Shown: piece after piece, positions 28,539 to 38,846 of the stretch
Position numbering within the stretch: the first letter of the stretch is position 1
Layout of the letters: every line of letters begins with the position of its first letter
From: a virus
Length of the DNA stretch: 64,000 nt
Direction: 5' to 3' (one strand)
IMG/VR virus record: IMGVR_UViG_3300025732_000030
Span: 1-64,000 of that record
Translations under genes and position numbers: made by a program
Notes under the pieces: generated by a model
Told to the model about the DNA's origin: nothing
Seen by the model: only the letters and a program-made list of their open reading frames with translations
Databases searched by the model: none

Positions 28539-30053
28539 ATGGGAACTTATTTACAAGGTGTACAATCAATAATTCCATCACTGCAGCCGCATGATAATGG
28601 ACTTAATGTTGTTGCTAACCTTTTACAATTAAAGCAGTCACAGTATGATTCAAATTATAAATCATTAAATAAGCTTTACGGTCAGTATTATTATGCAGAT
28701 CTAACAAGAACAGATAATCTTGAAAAAAGAGATAATACTGTAAGACAAATAGATTTTGATTTAAAAAGAATTTCTGGACTAGATCTTTCATTAGAACAAA
28801 ATGTTAATCAAGCCATGCAAGTATTTAAACCATTTTATGAAGACACTTCATTAATGAAAGATATGGCTTGGACAAAAAACTTTAACATGCAGTTGGGAGA
28901 AGCAGAAGGATTAAATAAAAGTACTGATATAGATAGAAAAAAACTTTATTGGGAAGAAGGTGTTCAAGCTCTACAATATAAAAGAAAAGAGTTTATGGAA
29001 GCTTCCCCAGAAGAAGCAATGTCATTTGAGAATCCTATATATACTCCATATGTGAATGTCCAAGCTAAGTCAATGGAGATATTTAAAGACTCGGGAATTT
29101 CTATGGATGTGTCAGATACAGATGGTAACTATATAATAAGACAAAAAAATGGGGATATTTTAACTGAACCATTGAGCAAACTATTACAAGCACAGTTATC
29201 ATCAGATCCAATGGTAAGAGCTGTTTATGATACTAAAGCATATGTGAACAGAAAGAAATGGGTTTCTGCTAATGCATCAGAATATGGTGGAGAAAAACAA
29301 GCTGAGATGCAATATCTACAAGATGCTTATGGAAAAATGAAAAAAGAAACAGAAGACAGGCATGCTGATTATCAAGATGTTGCTAAAGCATATGATGCTA
29401 AAATTAAAGATATTAAAGCTCAAATAAATGCTAAAGGGAGTAGTCCAATGTTAGAAAAACAATTGCGCCAGTATGAAAGCAATAAACAAATTAATGATGA
29501 ATTATTATCAAGCTCATCTAAACAATTAGAACAATTTAATAATGCATATTCAAGTAGTGGCAATACATCTACAGGATTTAAAAATCCATATGACAATATT
29601 AACACTTTAAGATTTATTGTAGATAATAGTGTATCTAATAATTTCTTTTCTGAAGATGTAATGTTTGCTGCAGAAAGTCTTTCTAAAAGAGAAATGGTTA
29701 GAGATATTAAACCAGATCCATTTGCTGTCATTGATAGAAGGCATGCAAATAGAATGGCTGAAATAAATAAACAAGCTTACTATGATAAATATGATTATGA
29801 TGGAAACTTAAAACCTGTAAAATCTTCTAATACTGGAAAAGGAAAAGGAAGTGGAAGTAGTGGTGGTAATAATAGTGGTAGTGGTGCATTTACTCCTCCA
29901 GGATTAAATGGTGGTGGTGGTAACAACAATAATAATAACAATGGTAGTAATGGTAATAATACTCCAAAGCCCACTATTGTAAAAAATAAAAAAACAGGTG
30001 CTGTGACTATAAAAAAAGATGATGGCTCTTCTGTAACAATAGATCCTATATAA
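28539..30053 (+). CDS. Putative cargo protein (helical, G/N-rich tail)
   Basis: 504 aa; KQSQYDSNY...SGLDLS.EQNVNQA N-terminal motif of crAss-like cargo proteins; no Cys. Confidence 0.6.
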   Translation: MGTYLQGVQSIIPSLQPHDNGLNVVANLLQLKQSQYDSNYKSLNKLYGQYYYADLTRTDNLEKRDNTVRQIDFDLKRISGLDLSLEQNVNQAMQVFKPFYEDTSLMKDMAWTKNFNMQLGEAEGLNKSTDIDRKKLYWEEGVQALQYKRKEFMEASPEEAMSFENPIYTPYVNVQAKSMEIFKDSGISMDVSDTDGNYIIRQKNGDILTEPLSKLLQAQLSSDPMVRAVYDTKAYVNRKKWVSANASEYGGEKQAEMQYLQDAYGKMKKETEDRHADYQDVAKAYDAKIKDIKAQINAKGSSPMLEKQLRQYESNKQINDELLSSSSKQLEQFNNAYSSSGNTSTGFKNPYDNINTLRFIVDNSVSNNFFSEDVMFAAESLSKREMVRDIKPDPFAVIDRRHANRMAEINKQAYYDKYDYDGNLKPVKSSNTGKGKGSGSSGGNNSGSGAFTPPGLNGGGGNNNNNNNGSNGNNTPKPTIVKNKKTGAVTIKKDDGSSVTIDPI

Positions 30054-30078
30054 TAATATTAATTTAATTTATAATAAC

Positions 30079-32403
30079 ATGCCTGATCCTCAATATAAAC
30101 AATATGATGACCCAACTATTCAAGTAGGTGATACTGTAATAGGACCTGATGGTAACAAAGGTGTTATTAGGCACTTAAAAGATAAATGGGGTCGGCCATC
30201 TGATAGTAAATGGTATGGGTGGGATGATAAAAGTAAGATATATACTCAAGGTCCAAAAGCTACTGCAGTATCTGATACCATTAAAAAAATAATAAAGCCT
30301 ATGACCACAGGAGACTTAAGTGGTACATGGTCAGAATGGGATTTTAATAATCCAAGAACAGCTGTACAAAGACCGGGTACTGTATTAGATAAACAAGATA
30401 TATCAAAAGGAGTAACATTAAATCTTAATCAAGGGTATGATACCTATGTTAAACCTGCACTTACTGTTTCATTAGATCTATTGGAATCTTTAGAAAGTAC
30501 AGGTGCTATAAGTAAACAGGAAATATATGATATATTATCTCCAGGTACAGGAAAATCCACAGAATACAAAGACCCATTGGGTTATGATACAATGGATGAA
30601 TGGGTAAAAAAATATGATCCTGATTATTTTAAAGGAACAATATATGATAAAAATATATATAAAAGTGTTAAAGCCTATAAAAATGCAGTTGCAGAACAAG
30701 GTGCTGATTTTTTTCTTGCAAGAACTAATGTTGGTAGACGTACACAATATGATAAAAATGGTAAGCCAATAATGGCAGCAGACTATGGTACTACAAGAGA
30801 TATGCTTAGCACAATCCCACAAACAGATAAAGATATAAAAGAAGAAAATTATACAATGCAAGTTATAAATAAACTTTCAAGTTGGATTGGTAAAAATTCT
30901 GGATTAGATCCTGTTAAAAATGCTATGAAAATGCAAGACCTAGTGCCCTTACTAACAGCTGCTAATACATATGCATTGAATATGCAAGATGTAAAAGATT
31001 TTCGAATAAAAGCCAAATCCAAAATTGTTAGTTCAATGTATAATGGTTTAAAAGATAGAAAAGATATTAAAGAGGAATTTGGAAAACCAGTATTTGATAA
31101 AAACAATAAGTTTGTGAAATATAATATGGACAATTTAAGATTTCAACTAGATAAATCTTTTGATGAAGCTGGAAACTTTGATCCTTACTTTATTCCAAAA
31201 ACTAATTATGAAGGAGACTTAAGACATAAAAATTATTATGATAAAAAACTTTATGGAGATTCATTTAAACCTATTGATCTTTTTAGTCCTCATAAAGGCG
31301 GTAGAGAGGGTATGATTGATCCATCAGATTTAGAACCTTGGCAAAGACAAGAACTAGCATCATATAAAACATTTGATGATTTTATGGGAGCAGGGATGGG
31401 TGATATACAAAAAAGATCAAAAAAAGAAGCAATAAAAAAAGGATATCCTATTTACACAGATATAGGTGCTGGAACATATGTACCAGATGTTATTCCTTAT
31501 TCAGAAACTGGTATTGGTGAATTATTTGCTGATGAATTTCAAAAAGCTGTTAAAAATATTTATACAGATACAGATGACAGAAATGTATTAGGTTTAGGAT
31601 ATAATAATATACCCTTTTTAGACTTTGCAGGTGCTGGTGGTACAGGAATTTCTGCAGATGCTTTATCAAAAAAAATAAGACTCAGTGCTGGAAAAAATTC
31701 TGATGCACTTGTTATTTGGAATACCTTTCTTAGGGATTGGGATAATGGAGATATAAAAAATAAAATTAATGGTAATGATAGATTAATTAGTTTTCATGGT
31801 GCTGGGACGGTTGGGTATAATGAGTCTTTAGGAGAAGATGAAGATATAGGTGATTCAAGTGAAAAAGGTATTAAATTAATTAATGACTTTATAGAGTGGA
31901 TACCTAATAATAGATCAACTGACTTTGGTATAACTGCATATAAATATGCTGTCAATTCTTTTGATAAATCTGCAATGGTTTTAAACTTTCCTCCTGCATT
32001 TTTAAAAAGTAAAAAAGAAGATAAAACTAATGGTTATTTAACAGATACTGATATTAAGTTATTAGAACAACATGGTGCATCAATTATTGGAAATCAAGGA
32101 GATTTTAGTAATGAGCTAATGCTTGCACAAAAAACACCATTACAAACTCATATTGATTATAGAAAAAAATTTACTTGGACACACCCAACAGGTTTAGCAT
32201 CATATGAAATATTAAAAGGTAAACCCGGTGAAGCTGATTATAAAACTATCACAAGAATTTATGGTTTTAATGAAGATGGTTCATTTGGCAAAATATTATC
32301 TGAACAAAGAAATTCTATAACAAATTTCAGAGATAATATTGATAAAGCATTAAATGATGCAGTAATTGAGTTAAATAACATAGTTAATGAAATGAATAAC
32401 TAA
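30079..32403 (+). CDS. Hypothetical cargo-block protein
   Basis: 774-aa ORF, no Cys, no recognised motif. Confidence 0.6.
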   Translation: MPDPQYKQYDDPTIQVGDTVIGPDGNKGVIRHLKDKWGRPSDSKWYGWDDKSKIYTQGPKATAVSDTIKKIIKPMTTGDLSGTWSEWDFNNPRTAVQRPGTVLDKQDISKGVTLNLNQGYDTYVKPALTVSLDLLESLESTGAISKQEIYDILSPGTGKSTEYKDPLGYDTMDEWVKKYDPDYFKGTIYDKNIYKSVKAYKNAVAEQGADFFLARTNVGRRTQYDKNGKPIMAADYGTTRDMLSTIPQTDKDIKEENYTMQVINKLSSWIGKNSGLDPVKNAMKMQDLVPLLTAANTYALNMQDVKDFRIKAKSKIVSSMYNGLKDRKDIKEEFGKPVFDKNNKFVKYNMDNLRFQLDKSFDEAGNFDPYFIPKTNYEGDLRHKNYYDKKLYGDSFKPIDLFSPHKGGREGMIDPSDLEPWQRQELASYKTFDDFMGAGMGDIQKRSKKEAIKKGYPIYTDIGAGTYVPDVIPYSETGIGELFADEFQKAVKNIYTDTDDRNVLGLGYNNIPFLDFAGAGGTGISADALSKKIRLSAGKNSDALVIWNTFLRDWDNGDIKNKINGNDRLISFHGAGTVGYNESLGEDEDIGDSSEKGIKLINDFIEWIPNNRSTDFGITAYKYAVNSFDKSAMVLNFPPAFLKSKKEDKTNGYLTDTDIKLLEQHGASIIGNQGDFSNELMLAQKTPLQTHIDYRKKFTWTHPTGLASYEILKGKPGEADYKTITRIYGFNEDGSFGKILSEQRNSITNFRDNIDKALNDAVIELNNIVNEMNN

Positions 32404-32413
32404 TTAATATATA

Positions 32414-35400
32414 ATGCCTGGTATTGAAGATTTTAATGAAAAGTTAACAAAATTAGCAAATGCTAGTTCAAGTAGAATGCTTGAAAATGAAATGCGTTTG
32501 TATAATCCCAATGATCAAATAACTCCATATGCATATAATGCTGGAAAAACAAGTGGCTCTCATTTTAAAAGATATTACGCATATGGTCCTGAAACATTTG
32601 AAAGAATAGGTTTTTCACCATTTCAAAATAATGAAAAAAATTTTAATGAAGGTACTGGAACATATGCTGAATTTAAAAGATCTATTGTGCATGGTTTTGC
32701 ACCATTATTTGCAAGAGGATTTGTATCTGGACCTAAGAGTTTGGGGAGAATGCTTAAAGGAGATTTTAGTGATGACCCAGAAGAAGCAGCAGCATATGCA
32801 GAAGCATCAGCAATTGCATCATCTACTAAAGGTGGTTTAACGGGATTTGGAAGTAATTTATTAGTAAACTTTGGTTATACTGCAGGAATTATAATGGAAG
32901 CAGTTGCTGAAGAAGCTTTAACATTAGGTTTAAGTAGTGAATATACTATCTTCAATGCAGGTAAAAATTTAGTAAGAGGTGTTAAATATGTTGGTCGTGC
33001 ACCAAAGGTTGGTAAAGGAATATTAGCAACAGAAAGTATACTACAAAGAACTAATCAATTACAGTCAACACTTAAAAAATTAGATAATATAACTGATGCA
33101 AGAAACTATTGGAAATCTCTGAAGGTGGATAGATCAATGGGTAATGTAGCTGCAAAGTCAAAAAGTACAGGGAAATCTGTTTTAAATTTTTTTAATCCTA
33201 TTAGCAATACTACAGATGCAATAATTGATGTTGCTAAATCTTCTAAGAATTTTCAGGGTCTAGAAAAAATTTCTAATGCTGCATTCAAAACTGTTGGGGG
33301 TTTATATAGAGATATTAGAAATGTTAATATGGCTTTATCAGAGGGTAGGCTAGAAGCAGGCTTTGTTAGAAAAGATACTTTTGATCAACTATTTGATGAG
33401 TATAGAGAAACACATAATGGAGAAGATCCACCTGATGATCTTCAAGATGAAATGCGTCAAAAAGCAAAAGAAGCTTCAGAAGGAGCTTTGCTTGCAAATA
33501 CTCTTTTAATTTTTGCTACAAACAAAATTGTTTTTGACAATGTTATGTCTCCTAAAAGAGGGATAGCAAGAGTATTCAGCAAAAAAATAGCTGATGTTAA
33601 AAAGAACATGGCCGGGAGAACAGTAAGAGAGTTTACTAAAAAGACACTTAAAACTGGTAAAGAAGTTCTTACACCTAAATTATCTGTAATTAAAAAAGGT
33701 TGGAAAGGTTGGAAAGGTACTGCTCAAGCTATAAAAAAACAAGGATTTCAAAAAACTGTATTAAAAACAATTGGCTATGCTAAGGCAAATATAATGGAGG
33801 GTATCCAAGAATCAATGCAAGATGTAATTGCTAAAACCTCAAAAGATTATTATACAGAATCTTTTTATTCTGAACCTGTTGCTTCTTATTATTATACTGA
33901 AGGTTTTTTAAATAAAAAAAACAAAGAAGACAAATCATTTTGGGATCACTTAGGAGAAGGATTTCAAGCACAAGTTTATGAAACTGATGCAAGAGGAGAA
34001 TTTGTTTTAAAGAAAGGAGAAAAACAATGGAGTGGAAAAGGTTTTGAAACATTTTTATCTGGTTTTGCAATGGGGACAATGGCAGGCCCAGTCAACAAAG
34101 CATTACCATTTATTCAATCTAAGATTGCTAAATATAAAAATAAAGCTCAATATGATGCTCTTAAAGCTAAGCTTGCATCATATAATGAATCAATGGCAAA
34201 ACAAGTTAATGATACTTTTAAAAATGATCCATTAAATATGCTTAATGCAAGATTATATAATCTTGGTGTGCAATCTAAACTTGCTGATCAAATTGCTGAT
34301 CCGGATACAAAAGCAAAACAAGATGCAATTGAAGAAGCTACTGTAAAGCAAATATCTCAAATGATTGAACTGGGTGCAACAGACATTTGGTTGGATCATT
34401 TAGAAAATATTAAAAATCTTACACAAGAAGAGTATGCAGAATATCAGGGGATTACAATGGAACAAGCTGATGGACATACAGAAAAGATAGATCATATCAT
34501 AAATAAAACACAAGACATTCTTAAAAATTATGATAAGGTAAATGAAATGTATCCCAATCCTGTAGACTTAAATGAATACAAGAAGGGTTCAGTAGAATAT
34601 CAAAAGGCCGCTTTATTTTCTAAAGCATGGGATGAGGCTGTAAGAAATGTAATTTTTTATAATGATAGTTATAAAAATACTCTTGATAGAATGCAAAAAG
34701 TTTATCGGGATATGGCATCAAACAAATTAATTGGTAAAGTAGATCCTTTAAGAGTACAAGCATTATTTAATGAAGATGATTTAACTGGAGAAATTGGAAT
34801 GCTTAAAACAGAAATTGAAGCTTTAGAAGGTTCTGAAGATCCAAATTCTAAAAAACAGTTAGTTGCAAGAAAAGATTCTTTAAAAGCTTTAGAAGAATTT
34901 AAAGAAAACTATAATAGTTTTATGGATCACTTCTATAAAACTGCTAGATCTCAAGAAGATGATGAAGTACAAGCTATAGAGTCTCAACTAAGTGACATTG
35001 AAACCCAATTAAAAGGTAAACCAAGAAGAGCTGAAAGAGTAAGATTAGAAAGAGAACAAAAAAGATTAAATACAAGACTATCTCAGTTTGAAAAAAATGA
35101 GGAGAGAACACTTGAGAGACAAGAACTAAAAGATAAAAAAAATAGAATCATTGATCTCAATAATCAGATTGATGAATTAACAAATACAAAAAATAATTTT
35201 TCAGTTCCAGCATATTATGATCAATTTACCACAGCCAGTCAATATCAAGAAAGAGAATCAGAAAGAATAGATAGAAAAATTGCTGATTTAGAGCAAGAAC
35301 GTGATTCAATAAATACTGAAGTAGAGTCCACTATGGATTTTACTAATGAAAAAATGTTAGCTAATCTTGAAGGTTCATTTAAAAAGTATTTGAAAACTCT

Positions 35401-38400
35401 TGCTAATCAAAGCAATGAAACTTTATTAGATAGTAATATGGATCAAGCCTTTGAAATGCTTGTTGATTATTACAGATTAGGTAAAGAAGCTCAAGGTACA
35501 GCAGAGGCCATTAATATTTTGAATGATCCTGCTGGTTTTGTGGAACATGTTGAAAATAATTTTGCTTGGATGTCAGATCTATGGAACAATAGAGAAGACA
35601 TGATACTAAAAAATATAACAGAGCAAACAAAAAGAATTCAGTATAACAACTTGTTAAATATGTTAGCTGCTGAGGGCATCTATGTTGATTTAGAAGAGTT
35701 TGCAAACTGGAAAATGAATGGTGAACTACCTACTGAATTTTATGACTCAGTTAATAAAAGAGTTGTTCCAAAAGGAAGTATATTATATAATCAAGTTGCT
35801 CAAAAATTTATTGAGTTAGACTTTTTAAATAATATGGTGGAAAGTAAAAAATCACCAGAACAAAAACTTGCGGATAGTTTAAAAATGTTAAATTTATTAG
35901 AGCAAGAAGAACTTAATGAGCTTCAAAAATATAATGTAAAAAAAGAAATTGGTAAAATTGATGATAAAGAATTTACAATAGATACTGTTAAAAGTAAATT
36001 AGGGATTGATCAATACCTAGATGCTACATATACAACAGAAGATGGAAAAACTGTAAATATTACTTTTTATAAAGATTCTGATGGAAACATTAAATATACT
36101 GATGCTCAAGGATCAATAGTTGGTAATATATCTATTAAGCTTAGAGATGGAAAAATATTTGCTTATAGAGAAGAGCCAGATCCAGTTGAAGTTGAAGCCA
36201 TCAAAAAAAGATATGATCAACTTAGAGCAGAGGCTGCTGAAGGATCTATTGCAAGTACATCAAATGTAATCTTAGAAGGTGGTGTAGTTTCATTAGATGA
36301 TCTTAATGCAGATACTCCAATTGCTAATATGCCTGAAGAATTAAGAGAACAGCTTAAAGCAGCATTTGAAGATTATAGAGATGACCCAAAAAATGAATAT
36401 TTATTTCCAGAAAACCTTACTGAAGAAGAAATAGAATACAGATTTGTTAAATTTATAAAAAGTGAGTCAGAAGCATTAGAGCTTATTGAAAATTATATTA
36501 AAGAACAAAGGCTTAAAACTTCAACTTCTGAGGGAGAAGTTTCTGCTCCAATGATTACTTTATCAACTGGTAAAAAAATATCTGCAGAGAATGCTACTGA
36601 TAAACAAATTCAATCTGTATTACAACGCTATAATATGGAAATTAATGCTATAGAGAATAATAAAAATAAATCTATAGATGATGAAGTAAGGCTAAAAGAA
36701 TTAAAAGAAAAGTATTCACTTTTAGAATCTTATATTAAAAGTAGAATTAATAAAGCTCTTACTCCGGAAATGCAGAATGCTCTTGAGTTAATTAAACAAT
36801 TACAGAAAGAACAAGAAAGAATAGAAGCATTACCAACAGGATATAAGATTGGTATGAAGATTCTTAGAAGGGTAACAAATGTTATTCAAAAATTCTTGGG
36901 TAAAAAATATGAATATAAATCTAAACCAGAAATTGAAGCTGCCTATAATTTAACAATAGGGGAAGGTCAATCAGTTAAAGACTTTATTGATATTTTAAAA
37001 GCAAGTAAGCTTCCAGGATTCAATGAGAAATCTTATGAAGCTATAGAGGCATTCATGAATGAATATAGTGATACTGATTTAAAAGGTATTGATCCTGCAT
37101 TATTAGCTGCAAGACGTGGAGATAGAAAAGCTCAGGAAGAATTTGAAAAGTATGGATTAGAGTGGGAACAAACAACCACTTATAGATTTGTAGGGCAATC
37201 AGAAGTAGATGTGCTATTATCTGGAAAAAATGTAGATAGCAAAAGGGGAATGGCAGATGCTGGTATTGATGTAACCACATCCCCAAAAGTTACAAGTGCT
37301 GCTACCAATGAATATAGAGTTACGTTCAAAGAGAGTTTTGATGTGAATAATGGTTTAGGTAAAGTAAGGGAAAAAAATAAAGAATTAGGAGATCATCATC
37401 TTGAAAAAGGTAGGGGTTATTCTTTAAATGATGTTGTTAAAATAGAAAGACTAGATGAAAATGGAAATGTTATAGAAACTATATACAGCCCTAATATAGA
37501 TAGTTTAAAAGAAGCAACAATTAACTTTATCACAGAACAAGCAACATATCAATGGGGTAGAGATAGAGGTAATGTAATAGATAGACTAACTAAAAAATAT
37601 TTTAGTGGTGAAAAAGTTCAACCAGATCTTAATGAAATTTCACAAGAAGCATTTGATAGTTTGTTTGGAAGAAATGGTATTTATAAAACTATAAAAGATT
37701 ATATAGATACAAATGATTTAATTGTTGTAGCAAATGGTCTTATAGTATATGATGAGGAAGCAAATGTAGCTGGGGAAATAGATTTACTTCTTGTTGATAG
37801 AAAAGGTAATTTTCAGATTATAGATATTAAAACTGGTGAAACAGCCAAGTGGAATGGGTATAATAATCCTAAAAGTGATAACTATGAAAAACAAATTGAG
37901 AATACTTATCAGCAAATGGTATATGCTAGACTATTGAAAAATATGTTTGGTATAGATGCTAAGATAAATATACTACCTATTGAAACTACTGTAGATCCTA
38001 CAACAAGTAAAATACTTACTGCAAAAAGACCAGGCTCTCCACTGCTATTGAAGGCAGATAAAATTTTATTTCCATTAGAGCCAACCCAAGAAATGTATGA
38101 TAAACTTGATGCTGAAATACCTGTAACAGAACCTAAATTTAAAGGAACAGTTCCATCTAGTAATGTTGAAGATATACTTGATGATCCTAATCTTAATGAT
38201 GTTGAAAATTCAGACTATGAAAATGAAAATCCAGAGGAAGAAGATGATGATGATCAATTAAACAGTGTTAAAGAATATAATAAATTAAAATCTAAAATTG
38301 AAAAAGCAGACTATGATCAGTTGCAACTTCTTAAAGTAGATCTTGCAATGAACATTGTAAAATTTTCCCCTGCACAGTTTACAGAATTAAATAAATTAAT

Positions 38401-38842
38401 TGAAGAAAAAGAAGCAGCTTTAAAAGTACAGGATGAAACTGAAGATGGAGAAGTAATTATTTACAATATAGGTGATCAAGTTTACTCAGAAAATGATATC
38501 TTTACAAATACGGGTAGGAAATTTTTGAGTGCTAATCAAACAGCAGTTATATCAGAGATTTCTGGAGATAAAATTACTATTAAACCAGAAGGTAAAAGAA
38601 CTAAAATGGAAATGAGTATAGAAGAATTTAAAAAGAAATTTAAACCTGCAAGCACATTGTTTAGTGGAGAAGAAACAGATGGTCCTGTAGTTGACGAGAG
38701 TGAAGGAGTTACTCAAGAATCTACAGATACTGTTTCAGATTTATTGGATGGTCAAGATGCTGCTTCTAGACAAAAAGCTTTAGAAGATCAAGCTATAGTG
38801 GAAAATACAAGAGATAATTTATTAGATGACTTAGATTGTTAA
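32414..38842 (+). CDS. Giant cargo protein with coiled coils and a C-terminal PD-(D/E)xK nuclease
   Basis: 2142 aa; AGEIDLLLVDRKGNFQIIDIKT (37769-37834) and YQQMVY; single Cys as the last residue. Confidence 0.7.
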   Translation: MPGIEDFNEKLTKLANASSSRMLENEMRLYNPNDQITPYAYNAGKTSGSHFKRYYAYGPETFERIGFSPFQNNEKNFNEGTGTYAEFKRSIVHGFAPLFARGFVSGPKSLGRMLKGDFSDDPEEAAAYAEASAIASSTKGGLTGFGSNLLVNFGYTAGIIMEAVAEEALTLGLSSEYTIFNAGKNLVRGVKYVGRAPKVGKGILATESILQRTNQLQSTLKKLDNITDARNYWKSLKVDRSMGNVAAKSKSTGKSVLNFFNPISNTTDAIIDVAKSSKNFQGLEKISNAAFKTVGGLYRDIRNVNMALSEGRLEAGFVRKDTFDQLFDEYRETHNGEDPPDDLQDEMRQKAKEASEGALLANTLLIFATNKIVFDNVMSPKRGIARVFSKKIADVKKNMAGRTVREFTKKTLKTGKEVLTPKLSVIKKGWKGWKGTAQAIKKQGFQKTVLKTIGYAKANIMEGIQESMQDVIAKTSKDYYTESFYSEPVASYYYTEGFLNKKNKEDKSFWDHLGEGFQAQVYETDARGEFVLKKGEKQWSGKGFETFLSGFAMGTMAGPVNKALPFIQSKIAKYKNKAQYDALKAKLASYNESMAKQVNDTFKNDPLNMLNARLYNLGVQSKLADQIADPDTKAKQDAIEEATVKQISQMIELGATDIWLDHLENIKNLTQEEYAEYQGITMEQADGHTEKIDHIINKTQDILKNYDKVNEMYPNPVDLNEYKKGSVEYQKAALFSKAWDEAVRNVIFYNDSYKNTLDRMQKVYRDMASNKLIGKVDPLRVQALFNEDDLTGEIGMLKTEIEALEGSEDPNSKKQLVARKDSLKALEEFKENYNSFMDHFYKTARSQEDDEVQAIESQLSDIETQLKGKPRRAERVRLEREQKRLNTRLSQFEKNEERTLERQELKDKKNRIIDLNNQIDELTNTKNNFSVPAYYDQFTTASQYQERESERIDRKIADLEQERDSINTEVESTMDFTNEKMLANLEGSFKKYLKTLANQSNETLLDSNMDQAFEMLVDYYRLGKEAQGTAEAINILNDPAGFVEHVENNFAWMSDLWNNREDMILKNITEQTKRIQYNNLLNMLAAEGIYVDLEEFANWKMNGELPTEFYDSVNKRVVPKGSILYNQVAQKFIELDFLNNMVESKKSPEQKLADSLKMLNLLEQEELNELQKYNVKKEIGKIDDKEFTIDTVKSKLGIDQYLDATYTTEDGKTVNITFYKDSDGNIKYTDAQGSIVGNISIKLRDGKIFAYREEPDPVEVEAIKKRYDQLRAEAAEGSIASTSNVILEGGVVSLDDLNADTPIANMPEELREQLKAAFEDYRDDPKNEYLFPENLTEEEIEYRFVKFIKSESEALELIENYIKEQRLKTSTSEGEVSAPMITLSTGKKISAENATDKQIQSVLQRYNMEINAIENNKNKSIDDEVRLKELKEKYSLLESYIKSRINKALTPEMQNALELIKQLQKEQERIEALPTGYKIGMKILRRVTNVIQKFLGKKYEYKSKPEIEAAYNLTIGEGQSVKDFIDILKASKLPGFNEKSYEAIEAFMNEYSDTDLKGIDPALLAARRGDRKAQEEFEKYGLEWEQTTTYRFVGQSEVDVLLSGKNVDSKRGMADAGIDVTTSPKVTSAATNEYRVTFKESFDVNNGLGKVREKNKELGDHHLEKGRGYSLNDVVKIERLDENGNVIETIYSPNIDSLKEATINFITEQATYQWGRDRGNVIDRLTKKYFSGEKVQPDLNEISQEAFDSLFGRNGIYKTIKDYIDTNDLIVVANGLIVYDEEANVAGEIDLLLVDRKGNFQIIDIKTGETAKWNGYNNPKSDNYEKQIENTYQQMVYARLLKNMFGIDAKINILPIETTVDPTTSKILTAKRPGSPLLLKADKILFPLEPTQEMYDKLDAEIPVTEPKFKGTVPSSNVEDILDDPNLNDVENSDYENENPEEEDDDDQLNSVKEYNKLKSKIEKADYDQLQLLKVDLAMNIVKFSPAQFTELNKLIEEKEAALKVQDETEDGEVIIYNIGDQVYSENDIFTNTGRKFLSANQTAVISEISGDKITIKPEGKRTKMEMSIEEFKKKFKPASTLFSGEETDGPVVDESEGVTQESTDTVSDLLDGQDAASRQKALEDQAIVENTRDNLLDDLDC

Positions 38843-38846
38843 GAAG

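Noticed and set aside
30040-30090. Frameshift or readthrough joining the 504-aa and 774-aa ORFs
   Set aside because: Different frames, tandem TAA TAA, no slippery site, and a normal AT-rich leader before ATG 30079.
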